Shown here in pieces: positions 49,743 to 62,033 of a DNA stretch of 64,000 nt. The first letter of the stretch is position 1, and each line of letters starts with the position of its first letter. The DNA comes from Mustelus asterias (taxonomy: Eukaryota), in the NCBI RefSeq assembly GCF_964213995.1, contig NW_027590143.1, forward strand, positions 930,001 to 994,000, written 5' to 3'. Position numbers and translations under genes: made by a program. A model generated the notes under the pieces. It ran no database searches. It was not told where the DNA came from and worked only from the letters and a program-made list of their open reading frames with translations.

Positions 49743-50062
49743 TGTGTTTAAGACGCAGAAGTATTTCCTGGAGTCCTCAGCTGTCACGGGTGCAACTGTC
49801 AGACTGATGCTTCTGTAAGTTTTGCTCAGGGAGGAGGAAAAGCGACGCCTGGAAAATGTGGCGCTGTCGCTGAAACCGTCGGTGCAGCGGACGACAATAT
49901 ACTCGGGACTCCCTCCCATGGCTGGGTGGAGAGGTTCCCGGTACCAGACCAAGCAAGCCCTCTCCACCTCTGTGTAGGAGCAGGTGATTGTCGTGGTGGC
50001 TCCCTGCTGGACCATCACTTCTGCCTCTGGCTGGTGTATGACTGCGGATGCAGCCAGGCTAC
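49743..50062 (-). CDS. TRDV: TCR alpha/delta-type V exon
   Basis: cccttcag|GT AGC: (G)SLAASAVIHQPEAEVMVQQGATTTITCSYTEVERACLVWYREPLHPAMGGSPEYIVVRCTDG...RFSSSL...ISLTVAPVTAEDSRKYFCVLNT. Canonical C, WY, D.x.YFC, open frame, 23-RSS. Confidence 0.88.
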
Positions 50063-51231
50063 CTGAAGGGTAGAGAAAATTAGAATTAAGTGGAGGTTCC
50101 AGGCACTATGTCGATTTGAAACTGGGGAGGCGCGGGGGAGGGGGAGGATCGTGGGCCCAATGGAGGGCGGCCCCAGTTCCGCCTGTAGGCATCGTGCTGC
50201 CCTTGGAGTTAGCCAGCAGTCGCGATTTTGCCCTGTGAGTGCATCAGTACCATTGCACGAAGCTGAGCTGGAGGGCGGTGCTGCAGGCGCAGGGTGATGC
50301 GTCTCCAGCCTCTTGGTGTGCCGCCTGGCCAGAGACTTGGAGATTTAAGATCTGGCTAGGTCAATATCTGCAACATGTATCCAAAACCTAATGAGGCGTG
50401 GGATGCAATTTGAGTTGATAACAGGCCATGTTTTTAATTAGATGGAATCATTTCAAATTTGTTAACGCAGTAGCAGGCCATTCGGCCCATGGGCTTTTGC
50501 TGGTGTTCATTCACCCCAACCCCACTTCTTCTCACACTATGAGATTAGCCGCCTATTACTCTTTCCCTCCACCTGATAGCCCCCTGAAATACATAAACAC
50601 CGTTCACGTCACATATTCCATGTTCAACAGTTCCACGTTCTCACCATTCACTTATGGAAATAAAAAGGCTTCGCCTAAATCCCACACTAACGACTCTGTG
50701 ATTTATTCTGTCTTGGGATATGAGAGTCGCGAGACTGAGCCAGGATTTCTGCCCATGCTAATTTGCCGCCCTTGAGAAGAGAGTGTGGAACTGTTTTCCT
50801 GGAGTGCTGCGTGTGCAGATGCACAAGGTACACTCAACAGTACTTTCAGAGGGAAGGTGATGTCCCCAATGGTTTTAACACAGCGACAGTCATAGAAAGG
50901 TGATTCTAGCTTCATGGATATGTGTGGATTGGAGGGAATACTGCAGGCGATGCTTTTCGTGTCCATCAGCAGCAAATTTCCTTCCAAGTGCTGGATGTTT
51001 TGGGTCTGGAAGGCATGTCGAATATGTGTTTGGTGAACTGTTCATATCTATGATAGGTTTGCCTTTTCTCACTGCTGAAGCTTTTAAATAACTATTTGTA
51101 AAATTCCAATCATTAAAAAAAATCAGTCGCCAGTAATATTGTTGTGTACTTGTCTCGAGAGATCAACATTAAATATAAGAATATAAAAAATTTCCTGAAA
51201 GGAAATCAATGAGAATAATTCAGTTAAGTTG

Positions 51232-51522
51232 ATTTATCAGTGTCACAAGGCTTATATTAACACCGCAATTAAGTTACTGTAAAAATCCCCGAGTCGCCAC
51301 ACTCCAGCGCCTGTTCGGTTACATTAAGGGAGAGATTAGCACGGCCAGTGCACCTAATCAGCACATCTTTCGGACTGCAGGAGGAAACCAGAGCACCCAG
51401 AAGAAACTCATGTCGACATTGGAGAAACATGCGGACTCTGCACAGTGACCCAAGCCGGTAATCGAATCCGGGTCCCTGGCGCTGTGAGGCAGCAGTGCTA
51501 AACAATGTGTCAAAATGCCGCC
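51232..51522 (-). mobile_element. tRNA-derived SINE in the V leader intron
   Basis: Same family as the 6288-6590 copy. Confidence 0.75.
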
Positions 51523-51635
51523 AATTCAACAACTGCGAATATTGCTCTAATTTTTCTCCAAAAACCAACATTAAATGTGGAAGAATAAAAGTCTTTATTG
51601 CGAGGTAATCAATGAGAATCTGAAGTGTTACTCAC

Positions 51636-51687
51636 CTGAGATGATTGCTGCTAGAATGAAAGCACTTAACTCTCGTGGGTGATCCAT
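51636..51687 (-). CDS. TRDV: Probable leader exon of the TCR-type V
   Basis: ATG GAT CAC...ATC TCA G|gtgagt gives MDHPRELSAFILAAIIS, 52 nt, phase 1 matching the V exon. The intron is ~1.57 kb. Confidence 0.75.
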
Positions 51688-51741
51688 CTGCAAATGGTAT
51701 TTGCAATGGTTACAATAGTGTAATATATCTTGACTCGCTTC

Positions 51742-51774
51742 TTTATAGTGAGGGGCAGACCCGAAGAGGAAGTG
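51742..51774 (-). promoter_or_regulatory. Candidate V promoter: TATA box plus Ets site
   Basis: TATAAA at 51747-51742 (minus strand), ~55 nt upstream of the leader ATG. GAGGAAGT at 51766-51773. Confidence 0.5.
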
Positions 51775-52454
51775 CAGTTATTTGGCTTCCACCGAAATAG
51801 GAACAATAAATCCAGCTTGTTTGTACACGAGGTGTTACCAAAACATAGCTAACAAGAGTGGAGTCAATGGAGAAGGCAACGATCATTGAAAAAGCTACTG
51901 AATGAATCAATTAAGAAGCTGGAATTAGGAGCATCGTCTGAAACTGGGTTGTCACGGTGTCGACTGTAATGAAAGTGAGACGGAGCACATTGATACAGGC
52001 ATTGACATTGAGAGATAAGAGTGTGACAGAGGACAGTGAAACAGTGACACCAAGAGAGGGGGGTGAACATTTAGTAGACTTTCCTGCCACCTGATGGAAG
52101 AAATAAGAAATTCTCCATCAGCAATTTCCTGCTTTGCTTTGGAGGATAGTAGTTACTTCTGAAATCTTTTCAGAAGGACACTGCAGAAACACGGCTGTGA
52201 TCATTAAATAGCCACATGGTGCAGAAGGTAACTTGCAGAGAAAAGGCGAGATTCGCAAGAAGACAGTCATACTCAAACACAAGCATACATGCACAGACAC
52301 AGACAGAGTCTCCCACTTCCAGCAATCTCCCTCTGTTGGACCCTCTCTTTATTTCAAGCAAACACACACACACGCACACAGACACACTCTTTCATTTCAA
52401 GGCGCGGTACCTCAACAAACGCCCTCTGAAAGTAAAGTTAACTCACATCTACAG

Positions 52455-53147
52455 TGTTGTAGGTAAAATAATACCTCTGAGACGAGTCGTAGAGTCAACG
52501 TACAGTGGTTTATTTGCACAATTGTGGAAGAGGTCTCCCGAACACGGTCTCAGACTTCTTACTGAATACAGGTCAAGAGCAAACATTTATACATATATTT
52601 TCGCCTCTGGTCACGTCCTCATCTTCCCATGATTATTGCTGTCTCAGCAACTTCCGTCTTTCCCGTGTAACCGTGGCCATCCTCAAGGCTGCGAATGTCT
52701 GTTTTGTCGCCACCTGTGCGTTGTTTATCCATCACACAAGGCTATAAGTTTGCATAAACAGGGTAACTAAGATACAGGAGCGTATATAGCAATTTATATC
52801 AGTATAAATAGGATAGATGAATAGCATATAATCAATACATATGAATCTATTGTGATACAATGACAGAAGGCATACATGTCAGCTCCACCGTGTTAAACAA
52901 AGGTACATAATAGAAAGGAACTGCTTAGCTAATTCTGCTTAGCCACATTCCTGATACGCAATTAGCTGGGAACAGCAAGGACAGCTGTCTCTCTTATCTG
53001 GTTTGCATACATGAAAACAAGTTCCACAGACATGAAAACACCGAGCCCTAACGTAAACATGAGCTCCACAGTATTTCTCACAAAATCACAGAGTTCGTGT
53101 CTCAATGCTTCAGTGTTACAAAGTTCATTAACCCATTCCCGTATTCA
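52455..53147 (-). repeat. ERV 3' LTR (693 bp)
   Basis: Direct repeat of 62551-63257. TATAAA 52591-52586, AATAAA 52514-52509, and polypurine tract AGGGGAGAG at 53156-53148. Confidence 0.93.
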
Positions 53148-53198
53148 CTCTCCCCTGTTGGTCGGGCCCCATGGTCCAAACATGGCCCCATGACCAAT

Positions 53199-54772
53199 TC
53201 AGAACCATATGTTACCAGCGAATGGGCCTACCTCCTTTGTCAGGTGGTCTGCCCCCTCTGCCTGTACACTTGTGCCCGGCATAATCCGTGCTGTTCCTAT
53301 TTTGCAACAGGTGTTCAACAATGCCATACAAACATAGCAAGTAATTACAATTACAATTAATACAATCAATCCATGCATCAGCTATGCACACCACGACCCA
53401 AACCATTGCCCCAGCAATCCCGGAGGGTTATAATTGTGATATTGGTTCCCCTCATCCTGCATTGTTTTCGCCACACGTTTAATGTGATCTGCCAAGCGAG
53501 TTATATTCTCCGAAGCATCTGGAGCATACGTACAGCATTTGGAGCCAACTATAGCACATGTTCCTCCTCGGGAGGCGAGCACATAATCGAGTGCCAATCG
53601 GTTCTGTAACGCCACAGTCCGAATAGCTACGACCTCTGCTGATATTTCAGAGACAACCGTGCTCACCTCCTCGAACCCATCTTTAGTCTTATTTGCAATT
53701 CTCTCTGGGGTCGAGGCCATCCGTATCAGTTCCTGTGCAGCCTTTGCCGTCCCATAAAGTAGGTAGGCTATCATGAAGAACCGTTCTGTCTCACTAATGG
53801 CTCGCTTAGCCCTAAGCAGGTGTATCTCGGGGTGGTCCCGTAAGTCAGTGTAATGGTGAATATAAGGCATCACATATGCCAAATAGCATGATCCTGCCCA
53901 ATTCCAGGGAATGATGTGGAGATGCCGGCGTTGGACTGGGGTAAACACAGTAAGAAGTTTAACAACACCAGGTTAAAGTCCAACAGGTTTATTTGGTACC
54001 AAATAAACCTGTTGGACTTTAACCTGGTGTTGTTAAACTTCTTACGGCAATTCCAGGGAAGCCATGGATAGGCATTGCTTCCACAGATAAAATAGGTACC
54101 ATTATATGCAGTTATCCTGCTCACATAAGCGGAGGAGAGGCTAACCGGGACGGTGGCTGTGGGGCACTGGATTGTGACCTGTACCATGGCCCAAGCGTCA
54201 TTCATGATACCAATCTCTTGTATATAGTAGCGACGGCCAACAGGTATCGTTCCATTTCTTGTCAGGCAGGTAGATCCCCTTTGTTGATTTTTCACAACGA
54301 AGTAGGGTGGGGATCCTGATTTGTCGTAGCTGGGTTGGTAATATTTCTTAAAGGTCGATAAAGTGCACCCTCCGCCCCCTAGCCCTAAAACAACATCACT
54401 GTTGCTGATATTAAACGCGTCCTGCATGGTGGTACCCGATGGGGTTTTAAATGTCAGTTTCCTTTTCCATTCCTGGCTTCCATTCTGATTTAAAATACAT
54501 TCTATTATTTCCAGAGCTGATAAACGGATAGGGAATAAAGGAATTCCTCCCTTTCCTCCGTGAGTGGAAATATGTGAACAGACCCAGCACTTGCTCAGAT
54601 TCGATTGTGATGCATACAGATAAGACATATACACAAAGGTGTTCATACAATAGACAGAGTCATCATTACAAAGATGATCACTGTGCTTTACCCCTAAATC
54701 CTCATAATTCCATCTATTCTTTCCCGCTATGGCTAACAGGGCCAGGGTCGTGAGAAGCAGCGTGAAAAGCAT
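53199..54772 (-). pseudogene. env: ERV envelope gene (gamma-type), disrupted
   Basis: Signal peptide MLFTLLLTTLALLAIAG, SU CWVC, furin site RAKR, ISD LQNRLALDYVLASRGG, CX6CC (CAIVGSKCC), and a TM helix after a premature TAG (53384-53382). A 149-bp insertion lies at 53912-54060. Confidence 0.92.
53912..54047. mobile_element. Short insertion with a perfect 96-bp palindrome and 13-bp TSD (probably a Penelope-like terminal fragment)
   Basis: Palindrome 53950-54045. TSD CAATTCCAGGGAA at 53899-53911 and 54048-54060. The family assignment is from recall of shark repeats. Confidence 0.75.
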
Positions 54773-54939
54773 CTTGTCACTTACTATTAACCCGTGCGAC
54801 CGTTATACAACTTCCCGCGAACCCGTTCAGCTTGCTTGGAGGTCAGTCGTTGTCTGTACATATCTGCAATGGGAGTATATCACATATTTTCCCAATTAGT
54901 TTCAGCATATTCTTTCAACAGAGTTTAATGTTTCCATAT

Positions 54940-57900
54940 TTAAACTATTAAATCGGGGGGAGGGTGCAGGGGTAAGGGGAATTACAAAATCGAAGGTAAA
55001 GGAGAGAGTACAAGTGCAGGTTAATGTTGAGGACATTCAACTAGTTAAAGGAGTAGAGGGCTCGGGAGATGTTAGTAGCGTTTCAACAAACCGGGTCCAG
55101 ATAAATGCTGGCATAAAGACACTTTGCCTGAGTGCACGAAGCATTCGAAACAAAGTAAATGAGTTGATGGCACAAATCCATACAAATGAGTATGATCTAG
55201 TGGCCATCACAGAAACGTGGTTGCAGGGTGACCGGGACTGGGATCTGAATATCCACAGGTATCAGACATTTAGGAAGGATAGAGAGGTAGAAAAAGGAGG
55301 TGGGGTAGCTCTGTTAATAAAGGATAATATCAGGACGGTAGTGAGAGATGACATAGGCTCTAAGGAGCAAAACATGGAATCGTTGTAGGTGGAGATAAGG
55401 AATAGTAGGGGGGAAAAGACACTGGTAGGCGTGGTCTATAGGCCCCCAAATAATAGCTTAGAGGTGGGAAGGGCTACAAACAAGCAAATAATGGATGCGC
55501 GCAAAAACAGAATGGCAATAATCATGGGGGATTTTAACCTGCACATTGGTTGGTCGACTCAAATTGGACATGGAGTGCTTGATGAAGAGTTCTTAGAATG
55601 CTGTCGGGATAGTTTCATTGAACAGTATGTTACAGAACCTACGAGAGAGCGAGTTATCTTAGGCATGGTACTGTGTAATGAGACAGGTAGAATTAAGGAT
55701 CTTCTGGCGAGGGATCCTCTTGGGTTGAGTGATCATAATATGGTTGAATTTCTGATACAGATGGAGGGTGAGAAAGTAGGGTCCCAAACCAGTGTCCTCT
55801 GCTTGAACAGAGGGGAGTACGATAAGATGGGGGCGGAATTGGCTAATGTAGACTGGGCGAGCAGACTGGTAGGTAGGACAACTGAGGAACAGTGGAGGAT
55901 TTTTAAGGAGATTTTTTTAAGTACTCAGCAAAAATATATTCCGGTGATAAAGAAGGACTGTAAGAAAAGGGATAACCAGACATGGATAACGAAGGAAATA
56001 AAGGAGAGTGTTCAAATGAAAACAGATGCGTACAGAGTGGCAAAAATAGTGGAGAATTAGTGGATTGGGAAAGCTTTAAAAAACAACAAAGAACGACTAA
56101 GAAAGCGATGAAGAAAGGAAAGATAGATTATGAAACTAAACTAGCTCAAAATATAAAAAAAGATAGTAAAAATTTTTAGAAATATATAAAAAGGAATAGA
56201 GTGGCTAGAGTGAATGTTGGAACCTTGGAGGACGAGAGGGGGGATTTAATAGTGGAAAACGAGGAAAGGGCTGAGACTTTAAATAAGTTCTTTGTGTCGG
56301 TCTTCACGGTGGAAGACACAAATAGTTTACCGAATATTAGAGATCGAGAGGGAGGTGAGGTCCTTAATGGTGGGAGGTGAGGTCCTTAATGCGATTACTG
56401 CTACTAAAGAGGTAGTGCTTGGTAGACTAATGGGACTGAAGGTAGACAAGTCCCCGGGCCCGGATGAAATGCATCCCAGGGTACTGAAAGAAATGGCTGA
56501 GGTAATAGCAGATGAGTTAGTAATTATTTATCAAAATTCGCTGGACTCTGGGGTAGTGCCGGCTGATCGGAAAACAGCTACTGTTACGCCGCCATTTAAA
56601 AAAGGAAGTAGACAAAAGGCGGGTAACTACAAGCCGGTTAGCTCGACGTCCGTAGTTGGGAAGATGCTGGAGTCCATCATTAAAGAGGAAATAGCAGAGC
56701 ACCTGGATAAGAATGGTTCAATCAACCAGACGCAGCATGGATTCATGAAGGGAAAGTCGTGTTTGACGAATTTACTGGATTTTTATGTAGATGTGTCTAG
56801 TGCGGTTGACAGAGGGGAACCGGTGGATGTGGTGTTTTTTGATTTCCAGAAGGCATTCGATAAGGTGCCTCACAAAAGGTTGCTGGAGAAGATTGGGGTA
56901 CACGGAGTTGGGGGTAAGATGTTGGCGTGGATTGGGGATTGGCTATCTAACAGGAAGCAGAGAGTTGGAATAAATGGGTGCTTTTCTGGTTGGCAGTTGG
57001 TGACGAGTGGCGTGCCGCAGGGATCGGTGTTGGGGCCTCAAATGTTTACCATTTACATAGATGATCTGGAGCAGGGGACTGAGTGTCGGGTATCAAAGTT
57101 TGCTGATGACACGAAAATGAGTGGGAAAGCGGAAAGTCTGCAAAGAGATTTGTATAGGCTGAGCGAGTGGGCGAGGATCTTCCAGATGGAATATAACGTT
57201 GGCAAATGTGAGGTTATCCACTTTGGGAGAAATAATAGTAAATTGGAATATTATTTAAATGGAGAAAAATTACATCATGCTACTGTGCAGAGGGACCTGG
57301 GGGTCCTTGTGCACGAATCGCAAAATCTCAGTCTGCAGGTGCAGCAGGTGATCAAGAAGGCGAATGGAATGTTGGCCTTTATCTCGAGGGGGATAGAATA
57401 TAAAAGCAGGGAGGTCTTGCTGCAACTGTACAAGGCACTGGTGAGGCCGCAACTGGAGTACTGTGTGCAGTTTTGGTCCCCTTATTTGGGAAAGGATATA
57501 TTGGCCTTGGAGGGAGTGCAGAAAAGGTTCACCAGGTTGATACCGGAGATGAGGGGTGTAGTTTATGAGGAGAGATTGAACAGATTTGGTCTGTACTCGT
57601 TGGAGTTTAGAAGGCTGAGGGGTGATCTTATAGAGACCTATAAGATAATGAAGGGGCTGGATAGGGTAGAGGTAGAGAGATTCTTTCCATTTAGAAGGGA
57701 AACCAGAACGAGAGGGCACAGCCTCAAAATAAATGGGGGTCGGTTCAGAACAGAGTTGAGGGGGTACTTCGTCTCTCAGAGGGTAGTGAATCTCTGGAAT
57801 TCTCTGCCCACTGAAGTGGTGGAGGCTACCTCGTTGAATAAGTTTAAATCACGGGTAGATAAATTTCTGATCGATAAGGGAATTAAGGGATATGGGGAGC

Positions 57901-58020
57901 AGGCGGGTAAGTGGAACTGATTCGCTTCAGATCAGCCATGATCTTGTTGACTGGGGGGGGGGGGGGCAGACTCGAGGGGCTAGATGGCCTACTCCCGCTC
58001 CTATTTCTTATGTTCTTATA
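54940..58020 (+). mobile_element. CR1 LINE (almost complete ORF2 with several stops/frameshifts) inserted in the ERV
   Basis: Endonuclease (ITETWL, GDFN, SDHN), RT (KFADD) and TTCTTATG tail. It splits the integrase C-terminus. Confidence 0.93.
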
Positions 58021-58449
58021 TACCTTTCCCTCTTATGTCTATAAGGCACAGGTGACTCCACTAATTATAACTTCATATGGCCGATTCCATTTTGGTGCAA
58101 ACCCTGGTTTGTCAGGTAGTGCTTTCACTCGGACGTCGCACTGTTGGGACGTCAGGGAGCATTTCAAGCTCTCTCTCTCTGCGTCTCTTATTTCCTGATT
58201 GTCTTTTACCAATTTGCGCATCCCTTTTAGTTGGGTGCTTAGTTCCAAAACATATCTCCTGATTTTATCTTTGAGCGGACCTACATCAGTCCCACCTGTT
58301 ACGATGTTTTCTGGTAATTGCATCACCCGTCCTGTCATTAGTTCATAAGGGGTTAATCCGGTTGTCCGGTTTGTGGTTAGTATGGTGGGCAATACCTTTG
58401 TCCACATTTTTCCCAATGTCTGTATGGCTTTAGCTAGTGCATTATACAT
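58021..58449 (-). pseudogene. pol: ERV integrase C-terminal remnant
   Basis: W.KVLP.IL....TTGLTPYELMTGR and FAPKWNRPYEV (GPY/F-like region). Confidence 0.8.
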
Positions 58450-60899
58450 TTTATTACATGTCCCCCTTCCATAGAAAGCTCAGTTTGAATCAAATTACAC
58501 TTTGCACTGGCTGCAGCTGGACATCCATTCATTTGTATATAATCCTATCAAAAGACATCGCTTTCTCCATTAAAATCACATGCCATACAGCTCTGAGTTT
58601 TATGTGATGTATTCTTACATTCGATTTAATTTGATAATTTGGTTGGGCGTAAGCATTATAGTACTTCACAAAGTACCACTAAAACACCAACATTTAGCTT
58701 GGAATAAATAGCCTTTTCTCCTACAGAATTATGTTTTATCAATACACAATATATACCATAACACTAGTTAAGGCTTTTCAGGATTTGATTTTATTCTCGG
58801 GTCTATATGGCAGTGCTTATACTGTATAATAATCGAGCGGCAGTTGTATCATGCCATTTACATATCATAACAGTGATATCCAAACCCTTTTAATTTAAGT
58901 CGTGTCTATTTTTAAACTGAGTTCCAGATTAAAATCCCTGCATTTTTAGAAAAATAACAGGCACAATACATATAACAATAACAATAGTTAATTGATTATA
59001 AATGTTTTGGTTTGATTTTTAACTGGCTAGGCTTTAAGCTCTGCAGTGTTTTTATATTTGGAAAACCTTGAACAATAGATGGCACACGAAATTCTAACGG
59101 CAGTTTATAATTTTAACCAGTTGCAGAATACTAAACTATCAGACGTTCGTAAATCACTTTATTCTGTGGATCTTAATACTGTATTCTAACTGGGCAATGT
59201 GTATTGGTATTGGTCTCCAGAAGTTAGTACTGTAGTCAGGTTTTCCTCTGGATGGGCTAGCCAGAACTCTCGTCAATGTCAGATGATGTAATTTGTTGCA
59301 TGTTAACGAAACAACATCATACAAGCCTTGCATTTCATATTGGTCCAAATGTTATTTAGAACTAACTGGCAACAAAAGTTCCAACAGTTCATGGTGTTCA
59401 ATGGTTGGCAACAAATGCAGATTAAAAATACTTAATGACAACATATTTATCTGCATTTACAACTGAGGTTTTAATTAATTAATCTCCGCTGGAACTTGGA
59501 GTAATCAGAACTACGATTCATTTCACTAACTTGATATACTTTAAACTGACGCATAGACAATATATTCACCTCATTCTTTTGTTCCTGCTTTTCTACTTCT
59601 CCACAAATTTACTTATTTTCTTCTCTCAACTAACTCTTTTATAATTTCAACTTCAAGTCAAAGGAAAGAGCACATGGCCCTTCCAAGGTTTAACTCCTTC
59701 CTTAACATTAAAGCATTAAAGCAAACAACAACAAAACAGCCACTTTGTTAAATATGGATACACGTGGAAGCTTCCAACATTCATTCAAACTTAACATCTT
59801 AAACTGGGATGAAAGTAAAACAATTGAGAAGACAGAACGTTGATTAACAGTCGCTTTTATTCTTCTGTCTTCCAAACTGTAATTAAATTCAAAACAGAAG
59901 TAAATTCAAGAAATCTTATCACTTTAATCTCTCACAGTTTTAGCACTTCCCCGAAAATAATTTATTAAACTCGCACACAGAGAAGCAAGTCACTTTGATC
60001 TGCTATACACTATTCCATCACATGAGGCTCTCGATTGCACAATTACAACCTCTCTGTCTCACTCTGTGCCATACAGAATCTTACAGCTTGTTTCCTTTTA
60101 ACCCTTTACTCCCCTCTTTGGTCGATCACGCTTCAAGCTAACCAAGTTAACCTGATTTGAGTCCCTTCTGTCTTTGCAGCGGCACTGGCGCTGGTGTCTT
60201 ATATTCATCGGGGCAATGACGGCTACCTTAGATTTCTGGTAATTATCTACACTGGGTCGATTCCAACAATCCTCCTCCTGTTCATCCGTATCGGTACTGT
60301 GCAACAACATTAGCAAGCCAGATGCTTCCGGTTTTTTATCTTTCCTTTGCAGTCTTTCCTGTTCTGCTCTATCTCTTTTGTCCTTCTCATACTTCTCACA
60401 TTCCCATTTCAACATTACCCAAGTCTTAGGGTTTTCCTCATTATCACATACATTGATCCCTCTTCTGCGTGCATTCTTCCCGCCTCTTAACTGTTTTGTT
60501 GTGGTAATTCTGCTCCAGTAAGTGGGAGCATTCCCTCTGAGTCTCTGTTTTAAACTGGGTGAAGTGTTTATAATTTGCTTTTGGCTGCGCATCTGTTCCC
60601 CTTCGGGGTATCGGCGCTAAGTTGTGTTCTAGCACTTCCTACTCCTCTGGAGGAGCGGTTGGCCCCTGTTGTATGGACTGATTAGGAGGTAGAGGAGCAG
60701 TTTCCCCTCTCCATTGCTGGTCTTTTAATACGTGGTTTTGTTTCTCTTGTTCCCTTCTTCTGGATTCTAACTCTCTAATCTTTTCTTTATCTTGCTCAAT
60801 TAGTCCAGCTAACTGATGTATTAAGAATACTCCTATCTTCTTTGTCTTGTTTCTCTTTAGTAGGCAGGGGTGTTCTGTCCGTTAATTCCTTTCACATAG

Positions 60900-62033
60900 A
60901 TCATTTTATTCGTTTTGGGTAAGGGTAGGTCAGTGATAGATATGGAGGCTCCCCTACTAGTGCAGACACGTAGATTCTACCCTTCTTCTTACCCTAACTC
61001 ACGGGGGCCCCTTATTGCCCCTCTGCATCGCCCCCCCCTTATTGCAAAACTGGCAGGCAGGGACCTTCCTTCTACCTCCCTTCGGAGCCCCACAGACTCT
61101 GGCAAAGTGACCCGGTTTCCCACAATTATAGCACACACCCTTTGGTTTAGCTCCTTCACTGTTTGCACTAACATTTTCCTCTTTTATTTGTGGGTATGGT
61201 TTCTCATCTGGTCCGTCTCTAATTCCAGATGCCCATTCTACTAATTCATTATAAGTCTGGGTATTGAGAACTCCCATTTTAAGGATTTTTTGGTGAGCTG
61301 GCGACAGCCCATCTTTAAATGCTTGTAAAAAGGCTCTCTCTGTTCGGGCAGTTTCGGGCATCCCCGAACATTCGTGGTATACTCGAAAGAGTCGCTCCCC
61401 AAATTCAGAGGCTCCTTCACCCCTTTAATGTTTAATATGGGTAATTCTGGACCAGTTTGTTGGTGCGTTACCCGCTCCGTAACTCAGTCTCCACTTATCC
61501 TGTGGGCAAGCGGCCCGTAGCAACTGGTGTATATCCTGCAAATGTAAATGGAGCCTCCCCAGGGATGCCAAAACATGTTGTCTTTCTCCTGGGGTGTAGG
61601 GTTTGTATCGGGCAGTGGGACTCTGTAATGTCCCGCCCCGAGTTATGGGAGCGAGGTCATGGACCTCTTCCTCATGGGGGTCTCCCACTGGTGCCGTGGG
61701 TTGTACGACCGGCCCATAGGGAGGCAAGGATCCCCAGCCGGGGTCCTCTAAACATCAGTTTCCCTTCTCTAATTCTCTTTTCGCTTTGTCATCAGTCCAT
61801 TTCTTACACAAGACTGCGACCTATTCAATTATTCCGGCCAATTATTGAACTAAGAGAGCTCCAATTTTCTTAGTTCTGTCTTTCTTTTCCTTTTTCAACC
61901 ATTTTCGTTGTTGGTCTAGTGGGTGGTCTAAATCCCACCCCCCTTTGTTCATCTGTTTAATGACTTTGTCCCTCTTAGTCATATATTCGTTTATCAGGGA
62001 CCCCGGGGCCCCCCATTGTCCTTGTCCCGCCAT
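60900..62033 (-). pseudogene. gag: ERV gag, frameshifted
   Basis: Starts MAGQGQW ~500 nt after the PBS. Contains PPY and PTAP late-domain-like motifs, capsid-like AFLQAFKDGL, and zinc knuckle CYNCGKPGHFARVC. Confidence 0.85.

Noticed and set aside
49743-50062. Call as NAR-TCR supporting V-delta
   Set aside because: A leader exon with a TATA box is present upstream, and no NAR-type V-D-J cassette is visible between it and the ERV.
51689-51705. Inverted pair of octamer-like motifs TGCAAAT-GGT-ATTTGCA
   Set aside because: Each mismatches the octamer, and they lie between TATA and ATG rather than upstream, so function is unsupported.
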